Below are positions 33,310 to 45,053 of a stretch of DNA of 64,000 bases, one piece after another; positions within the stretch are counted from its first letter, which is position 1, and each line of letters starts with the position of its first letter. The notes below the pieces were generated by a model. That model was not told the DNA's origin. It made no database searches and saw only the letters and a list, made by a program, of their open reading frames with translations. The position numbers and the translations under genes are program-made. Location of the stretch: NCBI GenBank assembly GCA_964019335.1, contig OZ025648.1:310001-374000 (forward strand), given 5' to 3'. The stretch comes from Diplonema japonicum (lineage: Eukaryota > Protista > Euglenozoa: Diplonemea).

Positions 33310-33495
33310 TCAAACCGGGAAAAACCCGGGGCCGTGGAAGTGTAACGTCGAAACAGGGTTGCCCACCTCGCCAACCTCACTTTTTGCATCTGCGGATCCG
33401 TTCTTTGAAAGACATTTTTCGGTGCACGCGAAGGGAGGCTTGCCCCCTTTACTCGCCAGGGCGTCACAGGCCATCATACATTTTTCAAGACCCAT
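33310..33495 (-). CDS. 61-aa twin CX3C protein (small-Tim-like motif)
   Basis: MGLEKCMMAC-x13-CTEKC. ATG follows an A-rich leader, and this is a GC-balanced island between A/T-rich spacers. Confidence 0.55.
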   Translation of the reverse strand: MGLEKCMMACDALASKGGKPPFACTEKCLSKNGSADAKSEVGEVGNPVSTLHFHGPGFFPV

Positions 33496-33682
33496 ATTTT
33501 GGTTTCTCTTTTTTTTTTTTCCCGCCCCTCCTTTGAAATGTTCTTTGATGTCAATTTTTCGGCAGGTGGGGGGGGGGGGGGGGAGAAAGAAAAAAACTTT
33601 TTTTTGTCGGACGGATCGTGCACGCAACTTGGCGGAAACATTCTCTTTTTTTCTTCTTCTTCTTTTTTCTTTCTTCTTCTGT

Positions 33683-35571
33683 TCACCACAGCCCACTGCT
33701 GTTGGTGAGAACCTGAACTTTAGTATGTGTTTCGTCATAAGTGGACAAAAGAAACTTTGCAACCGAAGACGACGGTACAGGGGGTAAAGGCGCGGCAGCA
33801 TGGATGGGGTTAGAAGAGGTCTGAGTGGCGCCTCGCAAAGCGCCCGTTTTGGGATTCAGAGCAGTGAGGCTGGTGCTTGACGAGTACCACAGGCTGGAAT
33901 CAGAGGAGAAGAGCGATGACGTGACAGGAGCTGCAGGGGTTTCCCACAACACCTCCCCCACCATCCGAGTATCGCAGACTTGAACACCATCATTCCGTGC
34001 CACGCAAATCTCCTTCCCATCTGTGTTCGATACAAAAACAGCTTCTTGACCACCGTCTACAGGGATTGAAACTACTGAAGAAGGATCGCGAATGTCATAC
34101 ATCACCACAGCATCCTCCCCACATGAAACCGCATTCCAATCTTGTTCTGTGCACCATGAAACAGTTTTGACGGAACAGGTGTGCTCGGAGAAGGTGATGT
34201 TTCGTGTTAAATCGCCTGTTCCCCGCACGTCCCAAACACCTACAGAACCGTCGTCAGCGGCGGTGAGAAGCAACCGGGTTTTCGACACTGATATGTTTGT
34301 TAATGGTGCGCCATCAGCGGCTTTCACACGGTCGTGCAGCCTCCCACTTGCAACGTCGTATACGTACACATAACCATCTTCAGATGAACTGAAAATCTGG
34401 TTTTCAAAAGTGGTAACCCCTGTCAAGGTGTGCACTCCCATCTGAAGCGTTCTCAGGCGTGTCCCGTGGATGAGGTCGAGGATGGGAAGCTGGCCTTGCT
34501 TTCCTGAAACAAGAACAGCATCGAGGAATGAACTGTCGAAGCCATCCTCCGATCCCCCCGTTTCAGAATAAGCTGCGTGCATCAATCGTTCCAACCAATC
34601 GGGTACCTCCCCAAGACGGAACCCGCACATCGACGTTGCACCCCGTTTCATTGCCGGGATGAACTGAACAGTTTGAAAAACGTGTTGTTGTTCCCGTTCG
34701 TCGGTGTCCATCATCATCAACCGTTCCGGGGACACGAGTGCCTCCAATGCATCTACCTCAACCTTGCCCTCCACATCCATTACTGGTTGCAGCGTGTCCG
34801 TAATTTCCCATTCTTTCGTGTTGCGTACCACGCGAGGTGGGTGCGGCATTGTGAATATCTGTGCTGGGCATTGCCCGAACTCCGTGATCTGTGTTTGTTT
34901 CGATACATCGCTTCTGTCGTACTCAGCAGTCTCGTAGGTCAACGGGTGGAAGAGATTGTGCGCTGCGTTCGCATGCTCGCCTCTTGCTTCGTACCCGAAG
35001 ATTAGATCGATCCATTTGTGGATATTTGCGGAAACATGCGGGCCTTCTAAAGCCGCTCTTGAAATTCTGATGAACTCTTGAGGGGAGCAGGCCCATGGTG
35101 GGAGGGCTACGTTGTTGGGAACTCTTGTGCCGTCGTCCAGTACCCCGTAGTCCACGCCTCCGCCTTCTAGGAACCGGGCAGTCCCGTTGTAGAACTGCGG
35201 GATGAGCTCCTTGACATCGTTGGTCAGGGTGGCCACGTTGGCCCAGCATTTCCCCACATCAGTGAACAATCGGGAGCCCTTGTCGAACTTACCGTTGTGG
35301 ACCAACAACATCCACTCGGGGTGCTCCCTCACTAAGTAGTACATTACGTAAGACGGGCAAGAATAGTGCGTCCCGTAGAGATACCCTTCTTCCGACTGCT
35401 GCATGCGGGTGATGAAGCTTTCAAGCCGATCCTTGTTCAAAGCTCCTATAGGTTTCGAGAGGTCCCTGTAGATCCCCGGGTTTTCGAGATCCAACACTTT
35501 CGAAGTGTAGTCTTTAATCACCCACGGCATCACTGGGTACTGTGGGTATTATTACTATTTCCCTCCCCTTC

Positions 35572-35603
<32 letters not shown>

Positions 35604-36510
35604 CATACCTGAGAGAGATCGTTCAAGGACCTACCAGCAGCCCAGTTCAAGTTCATGAGATAGTCGTAAGTGGACAGGTGCCCATGCTGCCAAGCATAGG
35701 TCATGTTTGACAATGTGTTTGTCTGTTTTTTTTCTTTTTTCTTCTTTTTTTTTTCCACAATACCTTTAAAATCGGTATATCTTCATGTCGGCACGCTGCC
35801 CTCCAGAACTCGTTGCACTCTGCCTCAGACCCGAAGATCACCAGATGCGGGTGGCCGCCAGCGTCGTAGATCTCCACGGCAACAGACTCCGAGAGAACCT
35901 TCCTCCTCGCACAGCTTGAGACGTCCGCCAAAGCAATCTTCATCAAAGGGTTCCCATCTACACATTCAGAGAGTTGTATGTAAAGACACTTAGAGGTCAA
36001 GACGAGCCTGCCCTTGGTACGCCGAAGAGGTAATTGTTTGAATATTTCAAGCTCTAGACAGATGTCCTCTGCCAAACTAATCCCGGAGTAGTCGAACACA
36101 GGTAAAGCGCGAGGCAGGTCCTCCATTTGGCTGTGTGCTCCTACCAGATTCTCCAGCAGTGTTGCAAACTGATCGATGCCTTCCCACTGTAAGGATACTG
36201 TGTATGTTCCATCGAGTTCTTTCTTCTCGTGCATGCCGACTAAACCGTCTCGCAGCATCATGGTGGAGGTGGTGCAGGATAGAACGATCGACTCCCCCTC
36301 CCTCCCTATCCCTTTGATCCCCTTGAACGGCAGCCTTACTATTGGTTCAGAAATGTCGTTTGGCTCTATGAACACTGATCTAGTGCACAGCCTCAGCGTG
36401 CCTTTGTAATCCCACTCTGGTCCTCGCAGACTTCCTAAGACGTCAGTCACGTACTGCTCTCCATCTTCCAAGCAGTACAAGCTGAACCTGCTGATGTTTG
36501 TGGTCAGCAT
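33683..36510 (-). CDS. FAN/NSMAF-like PH/GRAM-BEACH-WD40 protein, 3 exons
   Basis: N-terminal RFSLYCLEDGE. BEACH motifs WQHGHLSTYDYLMNLNWAAGRSLNDLSQ|YPVMPWVI, RDLSKPIGALN, YGTHYS, KELIPQFY, WIDLIFGY and EFGQCPAQIF, then WD repeats. Introns at 35723-35763 and 35540-35608. Confidence 0.92.
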
Positions 36511-37916
36511 TTTCTTTTTTTCCCCCCTGCCCTTTATTATTATTATTATTTTTTTTTTTGGGTGTAGTGGTCAGTAAGGAAGATCATAAGAAGGAAAGGG
36601 TATGAATAGAAGAAAAAAAGAAATATATATAGGTGTATTGAGGATCAACAAAGGAAGAAAGAAAAAAGAGAAAAAGAAAAAAATAAAGAGGTAAAATTGA
36701 AAAAAAAAGAAGAAGAAAAACCAAGAAAGGGAACAAGCAGTGTGTGTTGTGTTGTGAGTTTTTTTTTTTTTTTTCTCGGCAGATAATAGTAAAAAAAAAA
36801 AAAAAAATAGTCAAAGGGAGGACGGAAAAGAAAGAAAAAAAAATATTGTAAAAAGCGAAGATAAAAAAAGTCGGGGAATTAGTTGAACTCCGGGGCACCA
36901 AAAAAAAAAAAAAAAAAAAAAAAAGGAAAAAAAAAAAAATCTCGGACATTTGTCAGTCCCGGCACTTTTTCTTCCTTTTTACGGTAATATAGGAAAAGAA
37001 AAAAAATCTTTTTCGTTCACTCTTATTTTTTTTTTAATTCTTTGCTTCCCCCCCACACCCTGAGAAAAAAAAAAAAATCCCGCGGGGCAACTTTTGCTAT
37101 GTACAAATCCACACTAACAAAGAGAAGCCAAGCCCAAGGCTGTCAGGGGGGTTTTCTTTTGTATGAAAAACAAAGAAGTATAAAGGGGGGGAGGGGTAAG
37201 AAGGGAATAAAAAGACAATAATATTATAAACCAACTCACAGAAGAAGGAGAAAAAAAAAATAGTTGGCTTACACAGGAACTGCAAAAACAGAAAGAGAAA
37301 CCTAAAAAAAAAAGGAAACCATCGTTCATCATAAGCAAAAACTTTCTTCCCATCAAGCCGGCTGGGTCTTCAACAAGGAAAAAGCGTGCACATATGTGAT
37401 TGCTTGGGTCATTTTCTTTTAGTTTTGCTACTCCATCATTATTTTTTTTTTATGTGGTGTAAAATCTTTTTTTGCTTATTACAAACGGCGGTTCCCCCCT
37501 TAAAAAAAAAAGATTCTTTATGACTATATGTCTTTGTTGTTCGCACAAGTTGCACATAGTTATAAAACCATTTTTTTTTTTTCTTGAAAAGATAAATATT
37601 TGTAACAAAAAAAAAAGAGAAAAAAAATGCCACACCAACCCCCCGCTTGAGCTCACACTCACCTCTACCTCAAACTTGAAAAAGCACTTTTTTTTTTTGA
37701 GATATAAAAAGAGGCTAGGCAGATATCCCGGGGGTTGCATGCATGGAACTGAAATATTTTTTTTTTGAGAGAATAATGAAAAGTTATGTGACGGGCTAAC
37801 AAAAAAATTGTATGTAATGAGTTTCAATTAGGGTTGTTAAAAAACCGACCCCTCTTTTTTTTTTTTTTTTTCTCTCGACAGCACTCAAGGCTAGAACAAC
37901 ACAGGGCTAGAAAGGG

Positions 37917-37947
<31 letters not shown>

Positions 37948-37951
37948 CCCA

Positions 37952-38608
37952 TTACAACTCGGCGAGGACTCTGTCTAGATTCCCATTGTGCCGCTTCAGC
38001 AGCTCCAACGTCAGCTCACTGGTTGGATGCCCCAAGTCGGACAAAATCTCTAGGTGAGAGGTGAAGTCATCTTCTGCCGAAGCAACATCAGGAACAACCT
38101 GCAAAGTGGACGAAAAGGTCATGGGGTCTACAAGAAAAAAAGAATCTGTAGAGTCCCGATCCTGCGAGGAAAGGAAGGAGAGGTTATCAGGGATATTTTC
38201 GTTGAAAACATCCCTGTTCGTGCAGAGAGGTGCGTTTTCACTGCATTCAGAGATAGAGGCTGCAGGGGATGGCTCAGGTGTTGGGTTAGACGAATCTACC
38301 TGAGCACTGTCCTCTACACGATCTCCCAGAACCGCCTGTAGCCGGAGGCACTTAGAACCCGACCAGAGTCTCAAGCACTCGTCCCATTCTTCTTCCGATT
38401 CAACAAGGACTTCATCGCCCTCATTATCGGTGTAGGTAACTTGCATTACCGCATCACCCCACTTCTCAATGGCCTGTCTGACCCCTGTCAGTCTCGGGCC
38501 TGTCATTCTCATTCTTCGTCTAACGAACCCCCCGCGGCCATGCATTTCAACCTTCAAACACACTTCACTTGCCTCGACTCTAGGTGCGTAGATCAGCACA
38601 TCAGTCAT
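37952..38608 (-). CDS. PB1-UBA protein (p62/NBR1-like architecture)
   Basis: OPCA motif YTDNEGDEVLVESEEEW and C-terminal UBA LSDLGHP...LLKRHNGNLDRVLAEL. Confidence 0.8.
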   Translation of the reverse strand: MTDVLIYAPRVEASEVCLKVEMHGRGGFVRRRMRMTGPRLTGVRQAIEKWGDAVMQVTYTDNEGDEVLVESEEEWDECLRLWSGSKCLRLQAVLGDRVEDSAQVDSSNPTPEPSPAASISECSENAPLCTNRDVFNENIPDNLSFLSSQDRDSTDSFFLVDPMTFSSTLQVVPDVASAEDDFTSHLEILSDLGHPTSELTLELLKRHNGNLDRVLAEL

Positions 38609-39166
38609 CTTCCAAAAAAAAGAAAATGAGATAAAACCTCCTTCCCCCCAACCCACCTACCTATTCCTTTTTTTTCTTTTTTTTTTCTTTTCTTAAATCG
38701 GTGCTGGAACTACTCAAGCGTGGGTGGACGGAAACAACAGGGAAAACCTTAATACGGACGTGGACAGGTGGCTACCTAGAACATGTGCAAAGGCATACTT
38801 CGCCACACACTAGGGGAAAGATGACGAACTGCGACTGCATGAATTAACAAAAGAATTCCCGAAGAAGTACAATGTGGTACATAAACCCTGGTGCATGTGA
38901 TAATGCTGGCTTGCTGGTGCTGGTGCAACGAAGAAAATCGCGGGAAGAATGTATTCACCTAAGTGCCGGCTTTCAATTGGTTAGGTGAAGACGATCGATG
39001 GATGTGCCCAAACGTCTAAAGGGCACACAGGAAGACAAGTGACGTGTGAAATCCTCGAGAAGCAATGCATGGTGCACCAAACCTGCGTCCATGCATCCCT
39101 CTGTACAGAAGGGAACATACGTGGCAAATCGGTGAATACAAAAAGACTACACTTTTTTTTTTTTTC

Positions 39167-40176
39167 TTAATATCCATCAAGATCATCGGCCTCTCGTTGT
39201 CTCTGGGGGGGGGGGGGGGGGGATGGGTTATTTTTTTTTCGAAACAAAACAAAATAAAAAAAAAATACCTTTCGATCTTTAAAAATACTCGGTATCAAGT
39301 GGGCCAACGCAGGGATATGAACTTCGTCCCCGACCGCCCGAGAGACCTTCACCGCTCTGACATACAAATCTCCTATAACCTCAGGAGACGCTTGCTTTTT
39401 GGTGTACCACGATTGCAAAAGTCGGATATATTTAGGACGCTCCGCAAATCCGTTGAAGTTCATGTGTCTACAAAAAAAAAGTGTTTATCCCCCCTCCCTT
39501 CAATTTTAACATACTTTTCAACCAGTTGCGGTAACCGCATTTCCCAGACACCCCGTACCAAGGGGTAGGAAAATTCACGCAGCCCTACAAAGGCCCCGTA
39601 TAGGTACCAGACGGCTTTTCTCTCTGCGTCTGTTTCGCACTTGACTAACGTGTTTTTCCACGCCTCGTGCAGCCAGAAGAAGTGCTCTTTGTGATGTTTG
39701 GCGTATTTTTGCATTCTCTTGACGTCATTCTGAGTAAGGCCGTTTTTCACAGAGCGTAGCATGTGGGATTCTAACCGTTCCCCAACCTCCATTCCTCTGA
39801 AGGGGTCGGCACGGATGTCTATGTCTGGATACGTTAACAGTGAAACTTGTTCGTCTATTGGAGTTTTGTTGGGTCTTGCTGGTCGTAGGAGGTTTTCAAG
39901 CATCTTGCACTGTGTGGAGAGGGCGACCTTGGCGCGCATCACGCGGAGCTCCGCCTCTAGTTCGATCCCCTCGGCCATGGTTTCCAGCATCATTTCGTAG
40001 TCGCTCTTGGTGTTGACGCACCCCACGTGCAGCACGCACACAGTGGCGGCAAGAACCGCCCGCTCAGCCTCCCCACCCTCCGCCCTTTGGGCATCGTCGT
40101 CCACGCCCCCTTCTATAATCACATTCTGGAATAGTTTTTGCAAATCATACGCAATATCTGGTTTTGCGGGCTCCAT
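39167..40176 (-). CDS. Hypothetical protein, 3 exons
   Basis: ATG after an A-run. GT-AG intron 39468-39514 links the two tracked ORFs; a probable in-frame intron lies at 39203-39268. Confidence 0.7.
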
Positions 40177-40382
40177 TTTTTTTTTTTTTTTTTGCCCTGT
40201 TTGTGTTTTTCGTAATGGGGATTTAAAAAAAAAAAAAAAAGAAAAAAAAAAAAAAAAAAAAACAATGCGTAAGCATTCCTTTATTGTTTATATTTTTTTT
40301 TTCTTCTTTTTTTCTTCTTCTTTTGTTGTTATACAGCTCTACTGGAAATTACTTCACAAGGTAAATTTCAGAGTGTCGTGAA

Positions 40383-40417
<35 letters not shown>

Positions 40418-40485
40418 ACTTAGCCGCCGCCAAAAAAATGACTTTACAGCCCTCTACTGCTTAGCAGCTCAATAGAAATAGTTAA

Positions 40486-41244
40486 TCAAACCGGCACGAT
40501 CCCGGTAAACTGCTTCCCAAGCTCGTCACCTCTCCACTCTAATGAGCAAGGCGGGCCCGGTGTAGGTTCGAGCTTGCTGCTCCCTGAGGTGGTCGTTATT
40601 CTGAAAGGCCCTGTCTCTCCTGTGGTTCTTCCCCAGTCCGTCGATTCGCTCTTCACAGAAGGCGGGACAAGTTTCGTCGTGTACACCTTGCCCTCCGCGT
40701 TTTTCCTGACAAGGTACCGATCGGCCCCCAGAACAGCTGCAAGGAGATCGGTGAACTTCTGCTGCTTCTCACTGTCGTGCACACCTGTACGGGGGAAGGC
40801 CTTGTTCTTGGAGAAGGAACTAAACAGGGGAACAGCGTAACTGTCCAACCCACTAGGTGTATCTGGGGAAACATAGACTTGCTTTAACTTGCACGGCTTC
40901 AACAGAGCAGGGTCGTAATCCCCCACACCTACTGTGGAAGCTGTGGTGCAGACGCTTGGTGTGTATATTGACCGTTTTTTTTTAAGGTACTTCCGTACTG
41001 GGATCCCCTCTTCTGTGGGGGGGCTCGGTGCTTTTGGTACGAACCCTACACCACCCGTTGGGACCTGCCTGCGGCGGAGCGACTCGTCCTGGTTCATCGA
41101 CAATATTTTCGCTATTTCATATGTTTTCGTCAAGCGTTCCTTCTGGATAACGGTGCGGGTCCTGCCTTTCCGACATGCATCTGGAGGCGGGGAGGGTGCC
41201 GCGTATAGAGGTGCTAGTTGGGAAATACTCGAGAAAACAGTCAT
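40486..41244 (-). CDS. Hypothetical protein
   Basis: ~250-codon ORF with coding-like composition between homopolymer spacers. Probable start MTVFSS. Confidence 0.65.
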   Translation of the reverse strand: MTVFSSISQLAPLYAAPSPPPDACRKGRTRTVIQKERLTKTYEIAKILSMNQDESLRRRQVPTGGVGFVPKAPSPPTEEGIPVRKYLKKKRSIYTPSVCTTASTVGVGDYDPALLKPCKLKQVYVSPDTPSGLDSYAVPLFSSFSKNKAFPRTGVHDSEKQQKFTDLLAAVLGADRYLVRKNAEGKVYTTKLVPPSVKSESTDWGRTTGETGPFRITTTSGSSKLEPTPGPPCSLEWRGDELGKQFTGIVPV

Positions 41245-41345
41245 GTTGCACAACCGGTCATTTCTTTCATAATCTCTCTCTCTCTCTTTTTTTTTTTTTT
41301 TTTTAAATAATATCCCTTGCAAGAAATATTCGATTTGAAGGGAGG

Positions 41346-41376
<31 letters not shown>

Positions 41377-41473
41377 GAGTTAAAGGAAGTCTTTGTGAGA
41401 CGCCCCCTTGTTCTCATGCTCTACCTGCACCTATCCCCCTTCAGCAGCGGAAAAAAAAACAACAACAAAAAAT

Positions 41474-42133
41474 CTAATCATCCTCGTTCTCGTTATGCCT
41501 CAAGTAATGTGGGATGTCGTCTGCGCTGTATGGAGCAAACCGGTGCAGGTTCGTGCCTGTGTTGGCCCATTTTCGCTTTGCGGTCATCTCGTCTTTGGCG
41601 GACTGGAGGAGCTGACGTTCCAGATTGGTCAATTTTGACTTTGTCTCCTCCGCATCGTGGCCTTGCAAATGCGCGGCAAGGAGGATCTCGGGCATTCTGG
41701 ATATAAAGACGTCCATGGCCACTTCTTTGAGTTTTACTTGATTCTCGCTTCCTGCGGGTAGGGAGAGTGCGAGGAGGTGGGCAAATTCGTAGTAATACTC
41801 TGTAGCCTCCTTTGCCAGGCTGACCGCAAATGGGTGAGACCTGAGCTTCTCAAGAAACGCGCTGTCGAAGAAAGCTGGGAAGCTGACTTTGCACTGTCTC
41901 TCTCTCAGAAGCGGCCTTGCGAGCCATAGGGGCACTTTTACGGTTTGGTCCTTCGCCAGGTCCTTCCCTTCCTCACCGTCAGATTCGTCGTCGAGCCCGC
42001 CCTGGTTGTGCTCTTGCTCCTCACACCCTCCTGCTGTGCGCAGCCATCCCATTCCGTATAGCGGGACACGGGTTTGAACTACAATATCCTCCTCCTCAGC
42101 TAGGATTTCATTTACATCGAAATATCCATTCAT
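41474..42133 (-). CDS. GINS3: GINS complex subunit Psf3
   Basis: YFDVNEILAEEE, GMGWL, DLAKDQTVKVPLWLARPL, YYYEFA and KLTNLERQL are typical of Psf3. Confidence 0.88.
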   Translation of the reverse strand: MNGYFDVNEILAEEEDIVVQTRVPLYGMGWLRTAGGCEEQEHNQGGLDDESDGEEGKDLAKDQTVKVPLWLARPLLRERQCKVSFPAFFDSAFLEKLRSHPFAVSLAKEATEYYYEFAHLLALSLPAGSENQVKLKEVAMDVFISRMPEILLAAHLQGHDAEETKSKLTNLERQLLQSAKDEMTAKRKWANTGTNLHRFAPYSADDIPHYLRHNENEDD

Positions 42134-42625
42134 TTCCTTTGGAAAGTGGGAGTTGGAAGGTGAAGGAAAAAAAAAAAAGGATGGGGCTGGGTAAACGGGA
42201 AAGAGTTGTGAAAAAAGGGGGGAAATCTTGGAAAGAAGACAAAAAAACAAAACAGTTGGACACAAAAAAAAGGGGGGGGGGGGCATTGTGGAATAAGAAA
42301 AAAAAAGAAAGAAAAAAAGGGTATTATTGGGAAGAGGGGATTGAGCCGAAACATGCAATAAAAGGGAGAAAAAAAAAAGAAGAAAAAAAAAACAACCATC
42401 GGAGAACCGTATTTGGACTTTTCTTTTTTTTTATTTTGGCGATTTCGGATTTTTCTTTTTTTTTTTTTTTTTTTTTTGGACAGCTTTTTTTTTTTTTTTT
42501 TCCGTTCCGTTCAAATATGGTGAAAAAAGAGAAAAAAAAATTCACTCGTACACTTTTTTTTTTTTTTTTTTTTAAATAAATACCCAAGAAACAACAGCAA
42601 AAAAAAAAAGAAAAAAAAAAAACTT

Positions 42626-42843
42626 TCACGCAATAACGTCGTCCGTTTCGGCTTTGAAATCGTCAAGAGCGCTGGGGGCCTCTTCGCCGGCCAATCGCAA
42701 TTTTTCCTGCGCGGCCAGCTCTGCCTCTGCGAGGTTCTTCTTCTTCTTTTGGATCATCTTCAGACGGAAGAATTCCTCCCTCTCAAGCTCATCAAGCTCA
42801 GACGTGATATAGGAGAGCGTGTTCTGGATCTTGGGAATCACAA

Positions 42844-42874
<31 letters not shown>

Positions 42875-43444
42875 CCCCCATTCCCCTCTTCCCACACCTT
42901 GTCCAATGCGTTAACTCTCCTATTTGTGATTTTGATGGCAATGTTGAGAACCACGAACTGTGTCTGCAGCGAACCTGCCTTGACAAGGTTGCTGAGGGTT
43001 TTTTGCCATCGTTCCCTCGCCTCCCTGATCTGCTCGCCACCTTTACCCATACCCGTGCTTTCTGAAACCTCAGCAACTTCACCCCTTTGAAACATTGGAA
43101 TACTCACACCTGCCACGTTATCATTGCGAATTCTCGTTTTCAGCGGCTGTTGCTTCATGCACTCCTGGACTGCAAAGGCAAGCCCCGTCTCCCCCGCATG
43201 ATATTTGGCATAAGCCAAAGAAATGTGTGCCTTTAATTTGTATTTTTTTGGGGGGGGAAATAAAATATACCTGTTTCATCTCGTCACTCATCCTTTCCTT
43301 GCTCTCCTTCAGCACCTTCAAGATGCCTCTGTACCTCATCACCAATGCGTCCGCCTTCTTCTTCAGCAAACTGTGACCTTTCTGAGCGCCCTTCAACCTC
43401 GTCTTGAAGGTGATCAGGGTCATCCTACTGGGTAGGACCGCGAA

Positions 43445-43487
<43 letters not shown>

Positions 43488-43511
43488 CCCCGCATACTTT
43501 ACTCCCGACAT
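42626..43511 (-). CDS. ATP6V1D: V-type H+-ATPase subunit D, 4 exons
   Basis: PSRM, RLKGAQKGHSLLKKKADAL, NVAGVSIP, ITNRRVNALDK|VVIPKI and ELDELEREEFFRLKMIQ. Introns at 43446-43497, 43231-43270 and 42845-42897. Confidence 0.95.
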
Positions 43512-43973
43512 TTTTTTTTTTTTCTTTTGAAGAAGTGTGGCCTCCCTTCTTTCCTGTGTTGTGCTTGTAATGGGTGCGGGTACTGGAGAAAAATAAAAAG
43601 AAAAAAAAAAAAAGGGTAAGAAGATAAAAATATTAAACAGGGAGATAATAATAAAAGAGAAAAACTCGATAAAGTTTCAGTGTGCAGGGGAGTGCTCAGT
43701 AGGATGGGGGAAAGAAGAAGAAAAAAAAAAGCTTTTATCCATCGTGATTGTTTAATAGGGATAGAATAATCACAGACGGGGATAGCAAAGGCTTTCTTTT
43801 CTTCTTTTTTTTTTGTTACCCCCTCCCGGCTCCTTCCCCTCTAGGGTTAGTTACGGGAAAAAAAATAATAATAATTCTTTTTGACTATATGTCGTTTGCT
43901 CGGCACAAAGTTTGCAAATAGTTAATAAAATCATTTAAAAAAAAAAAAAAAAAAAAAAACGTTCGGGATGGGC

Positions 43974-45053
43974 TTACTTCTTCGCAGCATCAAGGTAAGA
44001 AACCGCAGAAGACCGCGCTGCACAGCGGAGACCGGAAAACCCAACTTCCTTTGCCACATGCCTCTCACCCACATGAGGATTGAACCCCATCCTGATCCTC
44101 ACACTCATAGGGTTGTACGGATAAGTCCTTTTCGGGGGCCTCGTCACCTCACGGTACGGCGCACCCCTGCAGTGCCTCCTCGCGTAACCGTTCGATTTTT
44201 CCCAAGGCTCCTCAACCACGCTGCCCTTTGAAGGTGCGTGGACAACGGCGTCAATAGAATCGGCGTAATCACCTAACACTATATACCCCCCATAACGGGG
44301 AGGGTCGACAATCACAGGCCTGTTCTTATTGTCGGTCAATGTAATGTCACACCCAGCCCGCACAAGAACATCTAGAACAGAGCTATCCACATTGGAGGCT
44401 ATGTGTGCTGGCGTTCTTAGTCTCACGTTCTGTTGGTCAATGGGCGTCCCTGCTGACAGCAACATAGTTATAACAGGAGAATAATAATATCTATTCCGAA
44501 CAGCGTAATGAAGGGCATTGTTGTTTCTCCTATCGCGTGCCTTAGGGTCCGCACCGGCACTGAGCAGGAGCTCAACGACGGTTGGATGTGCGGACAATGC
44601 CGCGTTGTGGAGTGGGGTTGCTTTGGTTGTGAGGTTTCTCGCGTTCACATCGGCGCCCAGGGACAGAAGGGTTTCTATGCTTCCGAGTTTTGAAAATACT
44701 GCGGCGAGGTGGAGCAAAGACGCGCTGCGGAATGTCAAATCGTTGTTGATGCCCAACAAGTAATTCTTCTTCAATACGTCAACCCGCTCCAAGGTCACTG
44801 CCTCGTACATTTCCTTCTCTAGCCTGTTGAGGACGCCTTGTTCGAATTGTGTTACGAGCTCGTCTCCCTCCGCCACGCCGTGCGCCACTAGCTCTTCGCT
44901 GTCTGGTAGTTCAACCCCTTCGAAGAACAACTTTGAGTTCTTGTACTCTGTCTCCGCTTCGATCTTCTCTTTTACCGACATCACCGTCTCGTTATACCCC
45001 ACTTCTATCGCGAATATCTCATTCGTCATTGGAACCTTGACGAAGACCTCCAT
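43974..45053 (-). CDS. Ubiquitin-like plus ankyrin-repeat protein
   Basis: N-terminal Ubl MEVFVK...ETVMSVKEKIE...LFFEGVEL, then ANK repeats SLLHLAA, TPLHNAA, NALHYAV and TPAHIA. Confidence 0.88.
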   Translation of the reverse strand: MEVFVKVPMTNEIFAIEVGYNETVMSVKEKIEAETEYKNSKLFFEGVELPDSEELVAHGVAEGDELVTQFEQGVLNRLEKEMYEAVTLERVDVLKKNYLLGINNDLTFRSASLLHLAAVFSKLGSIETLLSLGADVNARNLTTKATPLHNAALSAHPTVVELLLSAGADPKARDRRNNNALHYAVRNRYYYSPVITMLLSAGTPIDQQNVRLRTPAHIASNVDSSVLDVLVRAGCDITLTDNKNRPVIVDPPRYGGYIVLGDYADSIDAVVHAPSKGSVVEEPWEKSNGYARRHCRGAPYREVTRPPKRTYPYNPMSVRIRMGFNPHVGERHVAKEVGFSGLRCAARSSAVSYLDAAKK

